Source: Basidiobolus meristosporus CBS 931.73
Taxonomy: Eukaryota; Fungi; Basidiobolomycota
Assembly: GCA_002104905.1 (NCBI GenBank)
Contig: MCFE01000005.1
Span: 124,001-188,000, forward strand
Direction: 5' to 3'
DNA: 64,000 nt
Below, piece after piece: positions 36,529 through 49,750 of the stretch. The number at the start of each line of letters is the position of its first letter. Position 1 is the stretch's first letter. Below the pieces are notes generated by a model that was not told the DNA's origin, did no database searches, and saw nothing but the letters and a program-made list of their open reading frames with translations. Made by a program: the position numbers and the translations under genes.

Positions 36529-39353
36529 CTAATGGCTGATAAGATCGTAGGCGATTGCCAACTCGGCACCAGAAACATATTCAGTTGTTTGAAGTGTGCT
36601 CATGGGTCTAGTGTTCCCTAAGGAAGAGGAAGATTGAAGGCCAGATTCAATAGTAGGCCTATAAGTGTTTGGATAGGTGGATGTGAAAGTGCATCCATCG
36701 AGTACTGATGAGAAATTGGTGGTTGCCTCTGCTGTGCTGCTTGTCGTGGGTCCACGGTCAAATGGGTTGGTTATGGCCGTTGCGACACATTGAATAATGT
36801 AATCGTTCCACTCATTGAAATTGGAGCCCATCCCATGAGCTCTGGAGGTGGTATCGTCGAATTTCCCCCCGATTCCAGTTGTGTTGGGGACGAACAATGC
36901 AGGATTGAGCGTACTGGTGCCTAGAATGCCACTATTTTTGGCTTGTTCAAAGGCTCCGGGTATGGCATACGGGTCCAAAGTAGCTATGATATCCAAGTTG
37001 GGCGAGGTACGTTCTTCAATAACCTTAAAAGCACCTTCTACGTAAGGAGGTATACCTGAAAACCCCATGGTAAGGCTTGTAGGATAAAGGGGTGTTCTTA
37101 CTAAGTCATCATTTTTTAGGATGAGACCTAGCAAGTATTGATTTTGCTGGATTCTAGCACGCGACTGATCCCTATAGATGTCATCGGGCTTGGCTGATTG
37201 CGAATCAATGGTCGATGACTCAACACCAGTTTCTTGCTTGGGAGTGACATTACTTTCCACTATTAGGTCAGACAGAATGGTGTAATATCTTCCAGCATAC
37301 CCACATCGCTCTCGGATTTGCTTGAGCGTTTCTAGGTTCTTGAACAAGCTAGCTCGTGACAAATTGGCAATCCGTTGATCGGACGACTTTGCTTGTAAAA
37401 GAAGTATCGTGCTCGCAGTGAAGATTGGGAACAGCAGAAATAAAGCTATCTCTGATGCTCCAGGGCAGCTCACACATGAGGTCACAATACTGGTCAGATT
37501 GTTTGCTGCATCCGTGCAGATCTGGGACGAGGAGGACTGGGAGGTAGATGAGGATTCAGGTCTCAGTACGAAGGGGCGGTGTAGTAAAATCAATGCACAG
37601 TGATACCAGGCATGGGCGTAGATAAGTGTGGGGCTTTTAGGTGGATTCCCTGTGCCATAGTTTGCAGGAACGTAGGCAAGATCAGCTGGCAATGAGTTTA
37701 ACCACACATTAAGCTGAGAATCTAGATCTATTAAACTCGTGCGGAATTTCTGGTAGTTTCTGGTTTTTGGGGTTCTAACTATATACATGGTGCTCAAAAT
37801 ACGGCCAATCAGTTTGTGAAGCTTTATCACCTCATGGAATGGCCTTAAGGATAGCCCGGTGCGCGGAGAGACATCGACTGTTGCCAATAGGTCGTCGTTC
37901 GTTAAGGATGGCAGCGGTGTATCAAACTGCTGGTCATCAATAGACACAGGCCTCCCTACGCATACACTAGAGAACCGATCTATCAGGTAGCACACCCACC
38001 AGGTCCGCTTTCTTGTTTCCTTCTCTGCTGTTGTTAGCTTGATGTTCCATATATCGGGGTCGCGATGCAGGCCGAGGTCTTCAGCCATTCTAATGGCCAT
38101 GCCACTGTACATCCACGATTTCATCCCACCTTGAGAAATGTGGTAATAGATGGACATCAGTGCCAAACCTTGCGCGTTCTCTATTGAGCTGGCATTGTAT
38201 GCTTGATCCAACAAAGTCCGTGCCTTCTTAAAGAAACCTTCCGCATCCAGATTCTCCTTGTTCAATATGCTCTCGGATGATATTAGGGCGGCAGAAAGTG
38301 AAAACATCGCATTCACGAGAAAATACGGCATTTCTTGTTCATTTTGATTTAGGCGCTCCATGAACTCCTCTTTGTGAAGCAGCGGGAAAACAGGGTTGAT
38401 TTTCAAAAAGTACACATCCACAAGGTAAGCAAAAAGATTCGGAGACGGTAGCGCAGTAGGGTCTGGATTGATATCGACGCGGTTGATAGTTGCTGTGACT
38501 CGCGGTCTTATTTTGAAAAGGTCGTTTTGGTACTTTTGTGAGTCTTGGAGTAAGTATAGGCCAGAGCTTTTCCCGCAGTGTCTTACTCGTCCCTCATCAT
38601 CCAATAACAGCTGATCTCTATTGTTCCAAATTTTTTCCACTTCCAGGTCAGTAGTAAGGGTAATGTGTTGACTCGTTGTGGCATGCATTTCGGGCTGGGT
38701 AGTCAGTAGGCTGTCTGATGTGGGGAAGTTCTGAGGGGGCGTACTATCATCGGATTTATCAATTGTGATGGTGGGAGTGTTGGTTACACAAGTGCCACTG
38801 GCAGATGGAGTATCCGGAGCGTGTGAGCCTGGAAATTTTGCGTATCTGAATTCTAGTGGCTTGGCTTTGGGTGGAGTTTTGATAGCAGAATCTCTGTTTT
38901 CTTCGAGTTTCCGTACTTCATGCATAACAGCATCAGCCATTTGTGGATCATTCTGGATGAGCTCACTAAGAATGTGCTCCATTTTGTGCAGTCTACTCTC
39001 AATCGCTTCTATATAACCTTTCGGAGGTCCTCGTTTCTTCTTTATGTCGTTATAAGTACACTTTATGCCACAATACAGACAATTTGAACATTCAGGATGT
39101 TCACCATCGCATCGTATCTTCTTCCTACGACAACCATCGCATGCTCTAATGACCCGTTGTCTTTTGTGATTATCTTCAGTACTCATACTCATATCTCCGG
39201 CATTCATATGGGCCTTAGCGGAATATAACACCTTCCTTGGAATAATGAATAGTTGCAGAGCTATATTCGAAGAAAAATTTCCCAAGTGGTGTGTACTAAC
39301 GAGTGAGCTTACGTGTGAGCTTTATACGATTTATATCGGACAGACTGAACCAT
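36529..39353 (-). CDS. Zn(II)2Cys6 transcription factor, copy D, full length (predicted 915 aa; exons 39353-39313 and 39235-36529)
   Basis: One open frame with Zn cluster (RACDGCRRKKIRCDGEHPECSNCLYCGIKC), middle homology region and an S/T-rich tail ending ELAIAYDLISH; intron 39236-39312 (77 nt). Confidence 0.92.
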
Positions 39354-41989
39354 TAGACCTTAGAGGTATGATGGTAGCACCTACTTGGGCAAATCTACAG
39401 TGATTAAGACGTTGTTGTATCAAAATTGGTTTGCCATCAAACCATTCCTAGCTTGCACAAGAACAGCCAAGTCATGAAGATCGTGTGCCCGATTTATCCC
39501 GATTAACCTATTTTATAACCCTGATGAATTTGGAAGGAGACCAATTCTGTGTTGTCTGGCACCTAACATCCGCAGGGTGGTCAAAGTACCCCGTTCTAGT
39601 GTGATCATCTTCGGTGGTCTCTTGAAGGCAAGATGTACTAAAGAATGGCATTTCATACCTGAATAAATCGGTTAAATAATCCTAAAGCCAGACTGTAAAA
39701 TCATTGATGTTTCACTTTCGCTTTTGTCTTGCCATGGTAGACATGGTACTTTGAGAATACCACTGGAAGAGAAGCGCGGCTTCAAGCTCAAAAAACTAAC
39801 GGAATTGGCCAGCGTATATCCCGCATTTTTTTGCCATTAGCCTCCCAATTCCCGACATCAATTTCAATAGCCAATAGCTTTCATTCTCCCGCTGATATCG
39901 GCTGCCCCTCCGCTTCTGAGTTTTTCCTGGGAATATTGACTAACTGTTTCAAAGATCTGTTATAGCCTAGCTTGATTAACTGATCCAATAAGCCTTAATT
40001 TCCTTTTGAGATGATGGCACAAATGCTTTTGGAAGTGCGGCACACCAAATCAAATAGGAACACAGAAGTGGTATAAAGAGATGACAAGTTACAAAGGGTG
40101 AGCGGTGCTGCCTATCCTTTCTATTCAGTCATCAGAAGAGCCTCACGCGCACTCAAAAGAAGCCAGCAGAAACTTTGTCTGCCCAAAACGATCTGTGTGC
40201 TCTGAAAAAGGTTATTCGTTGGGCATTAAGTAACTGTACTTACTGAAAGATGCTGATGCCGATCAAGCAGATATCCACCCAAGAATCCCGCTTTTGTTTT
40301 GATTGTTGGATGTCCCACAAATACATCGGACTTGATGCATATTCCTTGTATTATTGCGCAGTTTGTGATCTACTCCATGCCAATGGAGCTTATTAATATA
40401 CTTCTTGACTTTCTCAGATTCCAGTGCTGCTGGTATATTCTTCCGTTGATGTAAATATGCATCCTGTACTTATGTATATCAGTTTTAGTTGCTTTGCATA
40501 ACCCCAATGCTCACCATACATTTTATGCCTGGGCATAGCCCATTGCTGGAACACACAGCTAGAAGGAGCTGCAATGTGTATTCAGTGGCTCTTACTTCCA
40601 GATTTGATGAGTCACAGTGCACTTTGTAGTCTAAGGAAGTCCAAGCTGAGTCAAAGTAATCCTAGTTACATGTGTGTAACATCTGGGGGCCTATTAACAA
40701 ATCTTGCAATACTCATACTCTGATTATCTAATAAAGTAAAATATTATAAGTATATCCCAACAAATACTTGCACAAGGCAATTGATGATGCATAGACTGTG
40801 ATTAGGGTGACTATGTAAGTGAAATATAAAGGTGTAATCATACACTTTCATCTCTGGTGCATTCTGATATTAATACTGGGGTAAAGTCTAACATATAACT
40901 TGGGCAGGATATACCAAGGCCAAATGGCTGTGATCTTCTTTAAATATGTCATCCATGACCAATGAAATACTTGTAAGGTCAAATAGAACACTTGATTTTT
41001 AAATAATTATTTATTCAGTCTTAGAGCAGTGCTTGCACCTCTTGACAATAATTCACAATAAACATGCACAATATGTAGTATTCATTTTGTTATCACCTTG
41101 GCAACTCACAAACATGAGATTCTGCCAAGCTTATTGCTAAGTTTTGAATCACTTATCAAAGACACACTTTGTATAATGTTAGACTTGTTTCATTTGATAG
41201 TGCCACATGATGACAGCTAATTTATACTGCTGGAATGATCTGGCACCCTACAGCACTCTCCAGCACTATAGTTTCTACTCTAATGCCAGTTGTAGGAGAC
41301 TATTACTGGTAGTTTTGCTCAAATGCTTTTTTGTGTCATGATCACATGACAACCATGAACACCCATGCCAAATTTCAGCTTCCTAGCTCAATTTCTAAGA
41401 GATTCCTTCTGGAACCTTCTACTACCTTCCAGAAAGTTCCTGACCCTTCCAAACCACTGTTACACAATGGAACATTCCATGGAAGCTTCCCATTGTATTT
41501 TTCATAGTCCAGTACCATATATGGAAATACCAGGATACATGACTTAGTCACATGATCAGGTGACCTAATCCACTTCCCCATCCTGTCTCAGTGCTGTGTC
41601 ATCTATGTCATTTTCCCCAGCACCATTGCTGTGCCTCACCCCACAACCCCATTAGTATTAGCTAATATCTCTCGGCATCAGTATAACCAAAAAGTATATA
41701 TAGTCCTATCCCCCTTATGTATTCCTCAGTCTGATAAATACAGGTCTTGAATAAACAGCCTTGCCTTGAATCCTGCCTTGCCTTGATGGTCCACACCTAA
41801 GTCCTTTCCTGCCATGCCTAGCTTTTCCTCCTGCCTTGTGTCTATTCATAACATTTTGTTGCTCAGAATAATACTTTTCTTGCTTATTCACTGTGGATAA
41901 TACACCAGACACATTTTGCACAGTAGATGTCTTGGTGCATGAATATACTCTGCATCAACAAGTATCTTGACTATTTTAGCTAGTGTGCT

Positions 41990-42300
41990 AATTTATATTG
42001 TAGTTGACTTTCCTCTGTATCTACCTCCTGGTGGGCACAGTCTCTTTAGATATCCAGCTGTATGCTCTACTATTACTCTGAGATGATGAACTATCTCATT
42101 TAGCAGCTTCTGCTTCATGCTAAGCATGCCATTTCTTGGCTTTCTATAAAATGCAATACATTCTAATATCTGAAAATTCTCTCCTATGTAAGCCAAGTCT
42201 GCCATACATATCTCCCCCCTCTGAACTCAGGATGGTATTATACCTACAGCGTTCTACTATACCTACCTCCTGCAAATGGCCCACCAAACCAGAAAATGCT
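41990..42300 (-). mobile_element. DDE_Tnp_4-type (PIF/Harbinger or ISL2EU-like) transposase fragment
   Basis: GEICMADLAYIG...YRKPRNGMLSMKQKLLNEIVHHLRVIVEHTAGYLK fits the LADxGY...KP...R..VE...G.LK pattern of this family. No TIRs found. Confidence 0.55.
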
Positions 42301-43382
42301 ACTCTCAGTGTCAGAGAGTGCTTGGAACTTCACTCAGTGTGCCTTATAATTGCCAGAATAAAGTGCCACTGCCCTCTACAAGGTCTGCTGATTCCCACTG
42401 GGAAGGAATCCAAGATACTCCCAATATTGAACCTGCGGCTGAATATATGAAGAATTATTAGGTCCCAAGTGTGAATCTGATCCAGATCAGCCATCAAGAT
42501 CCCATCAGGAGACCGCTATAATACCAGCAGCTTGGAATCAATGAACATTTACACAATCTTGTGATGGGATCACAACAGCATTTTGCTGATTTTACAGCAA
42601 AATAAAGTTGATAAAATGTAACAGTGTTTGCATGGTGTTTTGTTAAGGGTGGCATGGCATTGTTGTGGTCTTAGTGAGCTTTACAACTATTTGAGTGGAT
42701 CTAACCAGCCAGTACATTCAATTGCCTTATAAGATCATGATGGTGTTTTGCAAATTTTACAGCCAAATAAAGGGATTAAGCTTGACAATTTTTGATTGGT
42801 GCTGTGACAATATTTGCATGGCATTGTTGCAGTCTTTCAGCACTCTATTACTATTTCAAGTGGATCCAGTTGGCCAGAACTTCCAATTGCCTTATATGGC
42901 AAGAAACTTGATGGTATTTTGATGGCCTCACAGCAAGACTCTGATGGCTTTTTCTTTGCAGTATGACAGCCTGCTGCTGGTTCTGTATAATGCTACCTTA
43001 CCAGTTTACCAAATGGTATTTCCTTTTTCTACCTCCCCTTGTGCAATTCATATATTCCACTATAGAATCACCTTTCTTTATTTGCTTACCCACTACTACC
43101 TTGGGTATTCCACATATAGTTTGAATCAAAAAAACTATGGCCTCCTGCTTACTAACCTCTACAAACGTGGACACCTGCCAAAATTGACATACTTCTATCA
43201 CCTCAACTTTACAGCTTCTTAGTGTGATACTTGCAAAGTTACCATATACCTTGTACTGCTGGTAGCATATACATCTTGCAAACAAATGCTTGGTTGTTGC
43301 CACTTCTGCAATGAATACCTCCTGAATATCTGGAAAGAACTTCTTGGTATTTAGCCAGTATATTCCTTCTCCCTGCTGGATT

Positions 43383-45357
43383 CTAGTCCCCCTTATAGGT
43401 GTGCTCTGGCTTTTGTTTGTGTGAATTCCATATTGAATGGTGTAGAAGTTGGCTTGTGACTACAAGAAATCCGGCATATCTTGGTGGAGTCTTCCTGATA
43501 AAAATTAGTTGCTTGTTGCACCCAACCCAACTTTGCATTACTTTACTGATTACCCACGCATTGGGGCTGCTTAGCTTCTTAATGCCATAGGCATAGGTGT
43601 CTCCATGTGCACATTTGTCCTCAATATTTTCCAACTCTTTCTGGCTGTCCTCTGTGTGGCAACTCATCACATCCATGATGAACTTGAAGGTAATATTCTT
43701 GATGAGATTGGGATCTGGTAGTACCTTCAACTTGACTTGTCTTCCTATCTCCCCACACACCCACTCCATAGGAAACTCCCAAAAGGTGAAGCAAGGCCCA
43801 ATATTCACCACACACCATGCAAGATGGAGTAGAGAATGGATACAATAGTGGCAGAGATCTACGCGTTCAGCTTTATGTTTGTAGTATAGCCGCTCAAATC
43901 CCATCACAAACTCCTCACAGAACAGCTGTAGATGCCTCAAGTTGGCACAGGTGATCCGCTTCTGGATAAATATTCCTACAATGTTCACATATGACTCCCA
44001 ATGCTTCCAATGTACTCTTAGTAGGAATGGCTTCAGAGCACCACTTGAATAAATACATATCCAGCTCATCCAGCCTTTGCACTTGTATTGTTGCATGTGA
44101 GTATGAATATTAATTGGAGCCTGTGAGAAGTACTTGGGGTAGCAGATACTCTGTAATATCTTACCAATTCTTTCAAATTTCTCCGGTATCTCAAAGGGCT
44201 CATTTAGCTTGAAATGCCCCATGTACAACTTGGTCATCAGTATAGGGATATTGTTGAAAAGCAAATGCATTGCTCCTAGTGGAAAGCTTTTGCTCCAACA
44301 GATACCCTCTATCTTAAGTATCTCTGGTTTCCAATTGATTCCATATTCTGGCCAAAGGCTTATAGCTTGCCAACTTTGCTGCAATTGCATGCTTACTTCT
44401 GTACATTCTCTTGGTGGAAAGATAATGTTCTTAGTGCTGGTGTTTGGGTAATAATAATGTGTGTGAGTTGTGGAGTAAATCCTCTGGATCTCAACTTGAT
44501 TGATACTGAGTGTGATACTGTTTAGCTTTGCAATGTTTGTCAAACTGCATCAGCTTCCTCAGACAAGGTATGACTGGAATATATCTGGAGTGTGAATGAT
44601 GTTTTCCCTCAATGGTGGTGGATTCCTCACAATTTGGACATGTTGCAATGGTAGCATTTTTTGATGTGAATGCCATGCAACTGCTAACACATGCTGGAAT
44701 CAGGACAGTCTCTAGATCATATGTTGCCGGCCGCATGACGGTTGTCCACTTGTACCATGTACATGGTAAGTTGCATCCCGGTATGATTTTGGCAAGAAGT
44801 AGTAGTAAATCCTCAAAGCCCCCAATACTGATATTAGTGGAAATGCACCACTTCTCTAGCCACAACATTACATCATTCACCAGTAGATGGATTACTGGGC
44901 TCACTTGGCTCCATAAAGTATCCTTGGCATTTGTTTCAGCAGGTGTTGTCTCATTGCATATAGGGATTTGACTGGGCTCATATGTGGTACTGTTGTTAGG
45001 GGAGATAGGCTCAAAATCTATCAGTGAACCTTCTTTGTCAGAGCAATCACTCTGCGTGCCATATTCAGAAGGCTGAGGTGAGCCTAAAGGTGTCACAAAC
45101 TTACCTGACTCAGTTTGCGCAAGGTGACAAAGATGGCCAGGTGCCAATAAAGAAGTATCAACTGGCCGGCAAGATAATGTTGGTGTAGTAGTGACCAATG
45201 AATGGTCAAATATGACTTGGGTGGCAAAACACTGGCCTTGATCCTTGTAATACTTCCTATGCTCTCTGTGTGCTTCATGGCTAAGAGGCTTGCCACAAAA
45301 GCCACATGGTCTTTTTTCACTTCTCTTTTGGCGTTGAGTCAAAGTAGTCTTGTCCAT
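43383..45357 (-). pseudogene. CACTA (tnp2-family) transposase, frameshifted and probably internally deleted
   Basis: N-terminal CGFCGKPLSHEAHREH; CVSSCMAF...CPNCEE...YIPVIPCL; MHLLFNNI; FERLYY...HSLLHL...GP...WEFPME.VCG. These are typical fungal tnp2 motifs. Confidence 0.82.
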
Positions 45358-45579
45358 GGGGCAAACAGTTTGACCTTAATCAATGTAACGCTATTATATC
45401 ACTTTTTGGTCAATACTCATGTGAACTTAAGACAGTCATGTATTTGAGACATTGCACCTACATGAATGTAAGATTCAATGATGACCTACCATAGTAAGCA
45501 TTATAAATAAAGTTGTGGCACCACATACACACTTATATGTAACACTCTTTCCCCTTTGGTTTGACTCAGTTCCATATAT

Positions 45580-47650
45580 ATGCCGCCAAAAAATAAAGCA
45601 AAGTTGTTTGGTTCTCAACCAAACCCCACCACTGATGGCAACAGAAGAATGGTTGGACAACAGCTTGCTTTGACATTCAGTGCAACAAGTGGGGCTACAT
45701 CCAAAAAAGGCCCTGTGGACAGTGTGCCCATTGAAGGTAACAATGCGGATTCCTCAGGCTCTTAGTCAAGTACGCAATTGAGAACCTCTGCGGAGCCACA
45801 AGCTGACTGTTATGCTCAGGCAGATGAGAATGTAGCAAATGCAGTACCCTCAGTTAAAGATCAGCAAGTGGCCATGATAACATCACCACCACCCATATTA
45901 GCAAGTATGTTTTCAGCTCATACCAAAGCATCAATGAAGCAATTAGGTGCAGTGGCTGATAGGATAGATGCAATGGCCCAGAGAAATCAGGAAGTAGTCC
46001 AGAAACAGGATGAGCGGATAATATGTGTAGAGCAATCAATATCTCAGGTAGAGAAAACAGTATCTTTGCTGCAAAGAAGGAACTCAAGTAGCTCAATGTC
46101 ACAGCCAAGAATTGCGCCATTTCCCAATGTAACAGCAGAGGAACACCATACAGTCTTTGAAGCACAACAACAGTGCCCAAAGATAAAGCCCACAGAAAAA
46201 CCTACCACAGCATGGGAGGGAGACAATGTGGTGCTTATACCAAAGCCTAAAAATCAAAAGACATTGAAGATCCATGAAGCCATTGAGTGCAATAATGAAG
46301 AGTGGGCTAATATACAAGAGGCCGTCAGAAGTCTAGCATGCCATCACCTTAAAGCTGGCATACCATGGGACCATCAGGAACACAAGGCAAAGCAGAATGC
46401 ACTTGACTGGTTCCATGAGCATTATCCTGGATTCAAATGGGCAAATGGATTTTGGGCCAGCATTGATATGCTAAGAAAGTATCTTAAGAATAGCAGAAAC
46501 TATCAAAGGCAGAAGAACAAGGGTGCCATGGCTAAAAACCAGCGGCTTCCTCAAGAGCCTGTTACAAGCAGGGCCAAAAGCTCCAGACAAGTGTCAAAGA
46601 GATGTCAGGCAGCTGGAGGGGTGCCAATTAAGGACAAGCAGGCAGACATGGATGCAGCAGCACAACATTTATCAAGGAAAAAGCAAGTACCACTCAAGAC
46701 ACACCCAGTCAAAGTAGCAGTGAAGGACCTGGCAGTGATAAAAACCAGCCGCTTTTACAGGAGCCCATCACAACTACGGTTGAGAGCTCAAAACAAGCTG
46801 AAAAGAAATGTCAGGTTGCCAGAAGAGTGCCAGCAAGGGACAGACAGGCCAAAACAGATGTGTCAGAGCAGAATTTATCCAGGAAAACACGTAGTTCTTT
46901 ACAAGAAGCACTCAGACTAAGTAGCAGTGAAAGACCTGGCAGTGGCAAAGGAAAAGGTAAAGGGAAAAATGTCTACCAAAGCTTGAGACAGGGAGGCATG
47001 CAAAAAAACTGCAGTTCTTGCCAATTAACGCCACAAGCTAGGAACAGACTGAATCCCATCATAGCCAAGAAGAATTACCAACAAGAAAACAGCTGTTTTC
47101 ACAAGGGTTGGAAGCGCAGCTGGTTGAGCTACACTCCAGCAAGGTAGATGAGTTTGCTGAAAAAGGCAATTTGTCTACCACAGCCTCCACAGCCTCCACT
47201 GTTGACAGAGTGGAGATCCTACTGACAGACAAGGCTACAACATCAAGAGCTTAAAAGACTATCACAATGCCTTCAGTGGAGTTTTGGAAAATTAATAGGT
47301 AAACCATGAGGTTGCAGCGCTTCTTCAAGAGCAGTGCTCAAGAAAATGCACTGGAATATTGCAAGGATTTATTGCAAAGACTGGCAGATGAGGAGCTAGA
47401 CCTTGCAGTGCCAGCTGAAGACCAAGATGTGTGGGAGCCAGTGAATGAACAGTGGCATAAAACTGTTGGGTTTGCGCCAAAGTTGTGGAACCAGAGCATT
47501 AGAACATAAATACTTATTGAGTGGTGAATTTTAATGGAGTTACTTGTTAAGTGTGGGGTTGGGCTTAATGTTAGCATAGGGTTTAGAGACTTGTATAGGT
47601 CAATACAATTGGCAATTGAGGTACAAATGAAGTTTCAACAGAAATAAATC
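45580..47650 (+). pseudogene. Accessory ORF2 of the CACTA-like element, function unknown
   Basis: ORFs 45580-45765 and 45778-46920 are in one frame split by a single TAG. Coiled-coil-like segment, a WxxxxMLRKYLKNSR domain, two tandem units of about 206 bp (about 46533-46945), then frameshifted pieces to about 47650. Confidence 0.6.
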
Positions 47651-47979
47651 AAATTGTACAAATGAAAAGTAAGAGAAACGGTTGAGTCAGGAAGTAAGGA
47701 GTGTGAAAAAGAGGCAATAGCCAATCAATTCACACAAACATAGGAGGCAATAGAGTGTCTGGGATCAGAAAGTGAGCAAATTGACAGGGAACCAATCAAA
47801 AGCCACTTATATATTGTTGTGATGAAAAATTTTGACAAAGTTTTTTGTGAAATTTGGGGTGCAATTATTTTTCAAAAGTCTCTGGACAGTGTCCTGACAA
47901 GATCAGTACCTCCCAGTCACAGGACATTAACTTTGTGATGGCCTTCTGACAGGATCATCCCAATAATTTTTCATAGGGA

Positions 47980-49740
47980 TTAACACAACAGTATGGCAGC
48001 CTGCGGCTAGTTCTGTATAATGCCACTTTGCCAATCTACTAAATGGTATTTCCTTTCTATACCTCCTCTTGGGCAATTCATATATTCTACTGTAGCATCA
48101 CCCCTCTCTATTTGATTACCCACTACTACCCTGGATATTTCACATTTGCTTGAGTCAAAAAATACTATGGCCTCCTTCTTACTAACCTTCACAAACACAC
48201 ACACCTGCTGCAATTGACATACTTCTATCTCCTCAACTTTATGGCTTTTTAGTGTGGTGCTTGCAAAGTTGTCATATACCTTGTATTGCTGGTAACATAT
48301 ACATCTTGCAAACATATGCTTGGTTGCTACCACTTCTGCCAGGAATACCTCTGGAATATCTGCAAAGAAAATTTTTGGTATTTAGCCAATATATTCTTTC
48401 CCCCTGCTGGATTCTAGTCCCCCTGATAGGTGCATTCTGGCTCTTGTTTGTGTGAATTCCATAATGAATGGTGTAGAAATTGACTTGTGCCCAAGAGAAA
48501 TCCAGCATACCTTGGTAGAGTTTTCCAGATAAAGATTAGTTACATGTTGCACCTAACACAACTTTTCATTACTTAACTGATTACCAACTGATTGGGGCTG
48601 CTTAGCTCCTTGATGCTATAAGCATAGGTGTCTCCATGTGCACATCTGTCCTCAGTATTTTCCAATTCTTCCTGGTTGTCCTTCTAATGCCAACTCATCA
48701 CATTCATGACAAACTTGAAGGTTATATTCTGGATCAGATTTGAATATGGTAGCACCTGCTGTTGTAAGAGTCTTAGAGATATTGGAAGTGATTGGGAGGA
48801 CAAGTAGATTATATGGTTCTCACTTAATGATTTATTGAATGTAAAGTAGTATTTATACTTTAACATGGTCTTGGCATAGCAAACTTTTGAAAATTTTCAT
48901 GTTGTGGGTACCTGGTATTTTGGTGAAAATATTCCAAGTAAATCCCAACAAGGAACTTGGTCAGTATTCTCTAGAACTTGAAGGTACTGATCTAAATGAC
49001 AAAGCTAGGTGAATATTTAGGTGGAATTACAAACTTTTACAACACCTGCAACATGAATTCTCTTCCTATCTCCCCATACAATCACCCCATAGGAAACTCC
49101 CAAAAGGTGAAGCAAGGTCCAATATTCTCAACACAGTAAGCAGGATGGAGTAGCAAATGGATAAAGTAGTATCAGAGATCTACACATTCAGGTTTATTTT
49201 AGTAGTATAGCCACTCAAATTCTGTCACAAACTCTTTGCACAAAAGCTGTAGATTCATCAAGTTGGCATTTGTGATCCACTTCTGGATAAACATTCCTAC
49301 CATGCCCACAAATAACTCCCAATGCTTCCGGTGTACTGTTGGCAGAAATGACTTCAGAAGGCCACTTGAATAAATACTTATCCAGTTTATCCAGTATTTG
49401 CATTTGTATTGTTCCATATGCACATAATATTCATTGGAGCCCATGAGAAGTGCTTGAGGTAAAAGTATAAAGTAGCTGTTGTTTCTTGGCTGTTTGTAAT
49501 GTTTGCCATCAAATATGTCAGATTTGTTTCTTCTTGATTGATAATGGGTGCAGTACTTTATAGCTTCACAATATTTGATGCACTACATGAGCTTCTTTAG
49601 ATGGGGTATAACCAGAAATTATCTGGAGTGTGAACAATGTTTTCCCCTAATGGTGGTGAATTACTAACATGTTGGATGCCTTGCAATGGTGACATTCTCT
49701 GATGGGAATGCTATTCAACTATTAACACATCCCTATCAAA
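47980..49740 (-). mobile_element. Second, more decayed CACTA transposase fragment
   Basis: Collinear with 42980-44110 and 44560-44700; interrupted by a solo LTR. Confidence 0.78.
48760..49044 (-). mobile_element. Solo Copia LTR (285 bp, internally deleted) with TSD CCTGC
   Basis: TGTTGTAA...TTACAACA; CCTGC at 48755-48759 and 49045-49049. Confidence 0.92.
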
Positions 49741-49750
49741 AATCATTGAG

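Larger units (their letters stand above)
4100..40400. repeat. Four-copy tandem segmental duplication of a [PolB relic + Zn2Cys6 TF + upstream region] unit
   Basis: Homologous blocks at about 4100-9800, 11690-17700, 19190-24740 and 34520-40400. TF start codons are 7885, 7628 and 15699 bp apart; the last gap is filled with transposon debris. Confidence 0.95.
42460..47958. mobile_element. CACTA/EnSpm-like DNA transposon with divergent transposase and ORF2; termini uncertain
   Basis: Transposase on minus and ORF2 on plus. 42460-42940 recurs at 62985-63300 and 46800-47958 recurs inverted at 49751-50906. The motif gatcccatcagga occurs near both ends. Confidence 0.75.

Noticed and set aside
47887-47891. 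CAGTG (CACTG on minus) as the CACTA terminal repeat
   Set aside because: Homology between the two arms continues about 65 bp past it, and no matching end or TSD was found on the other side.
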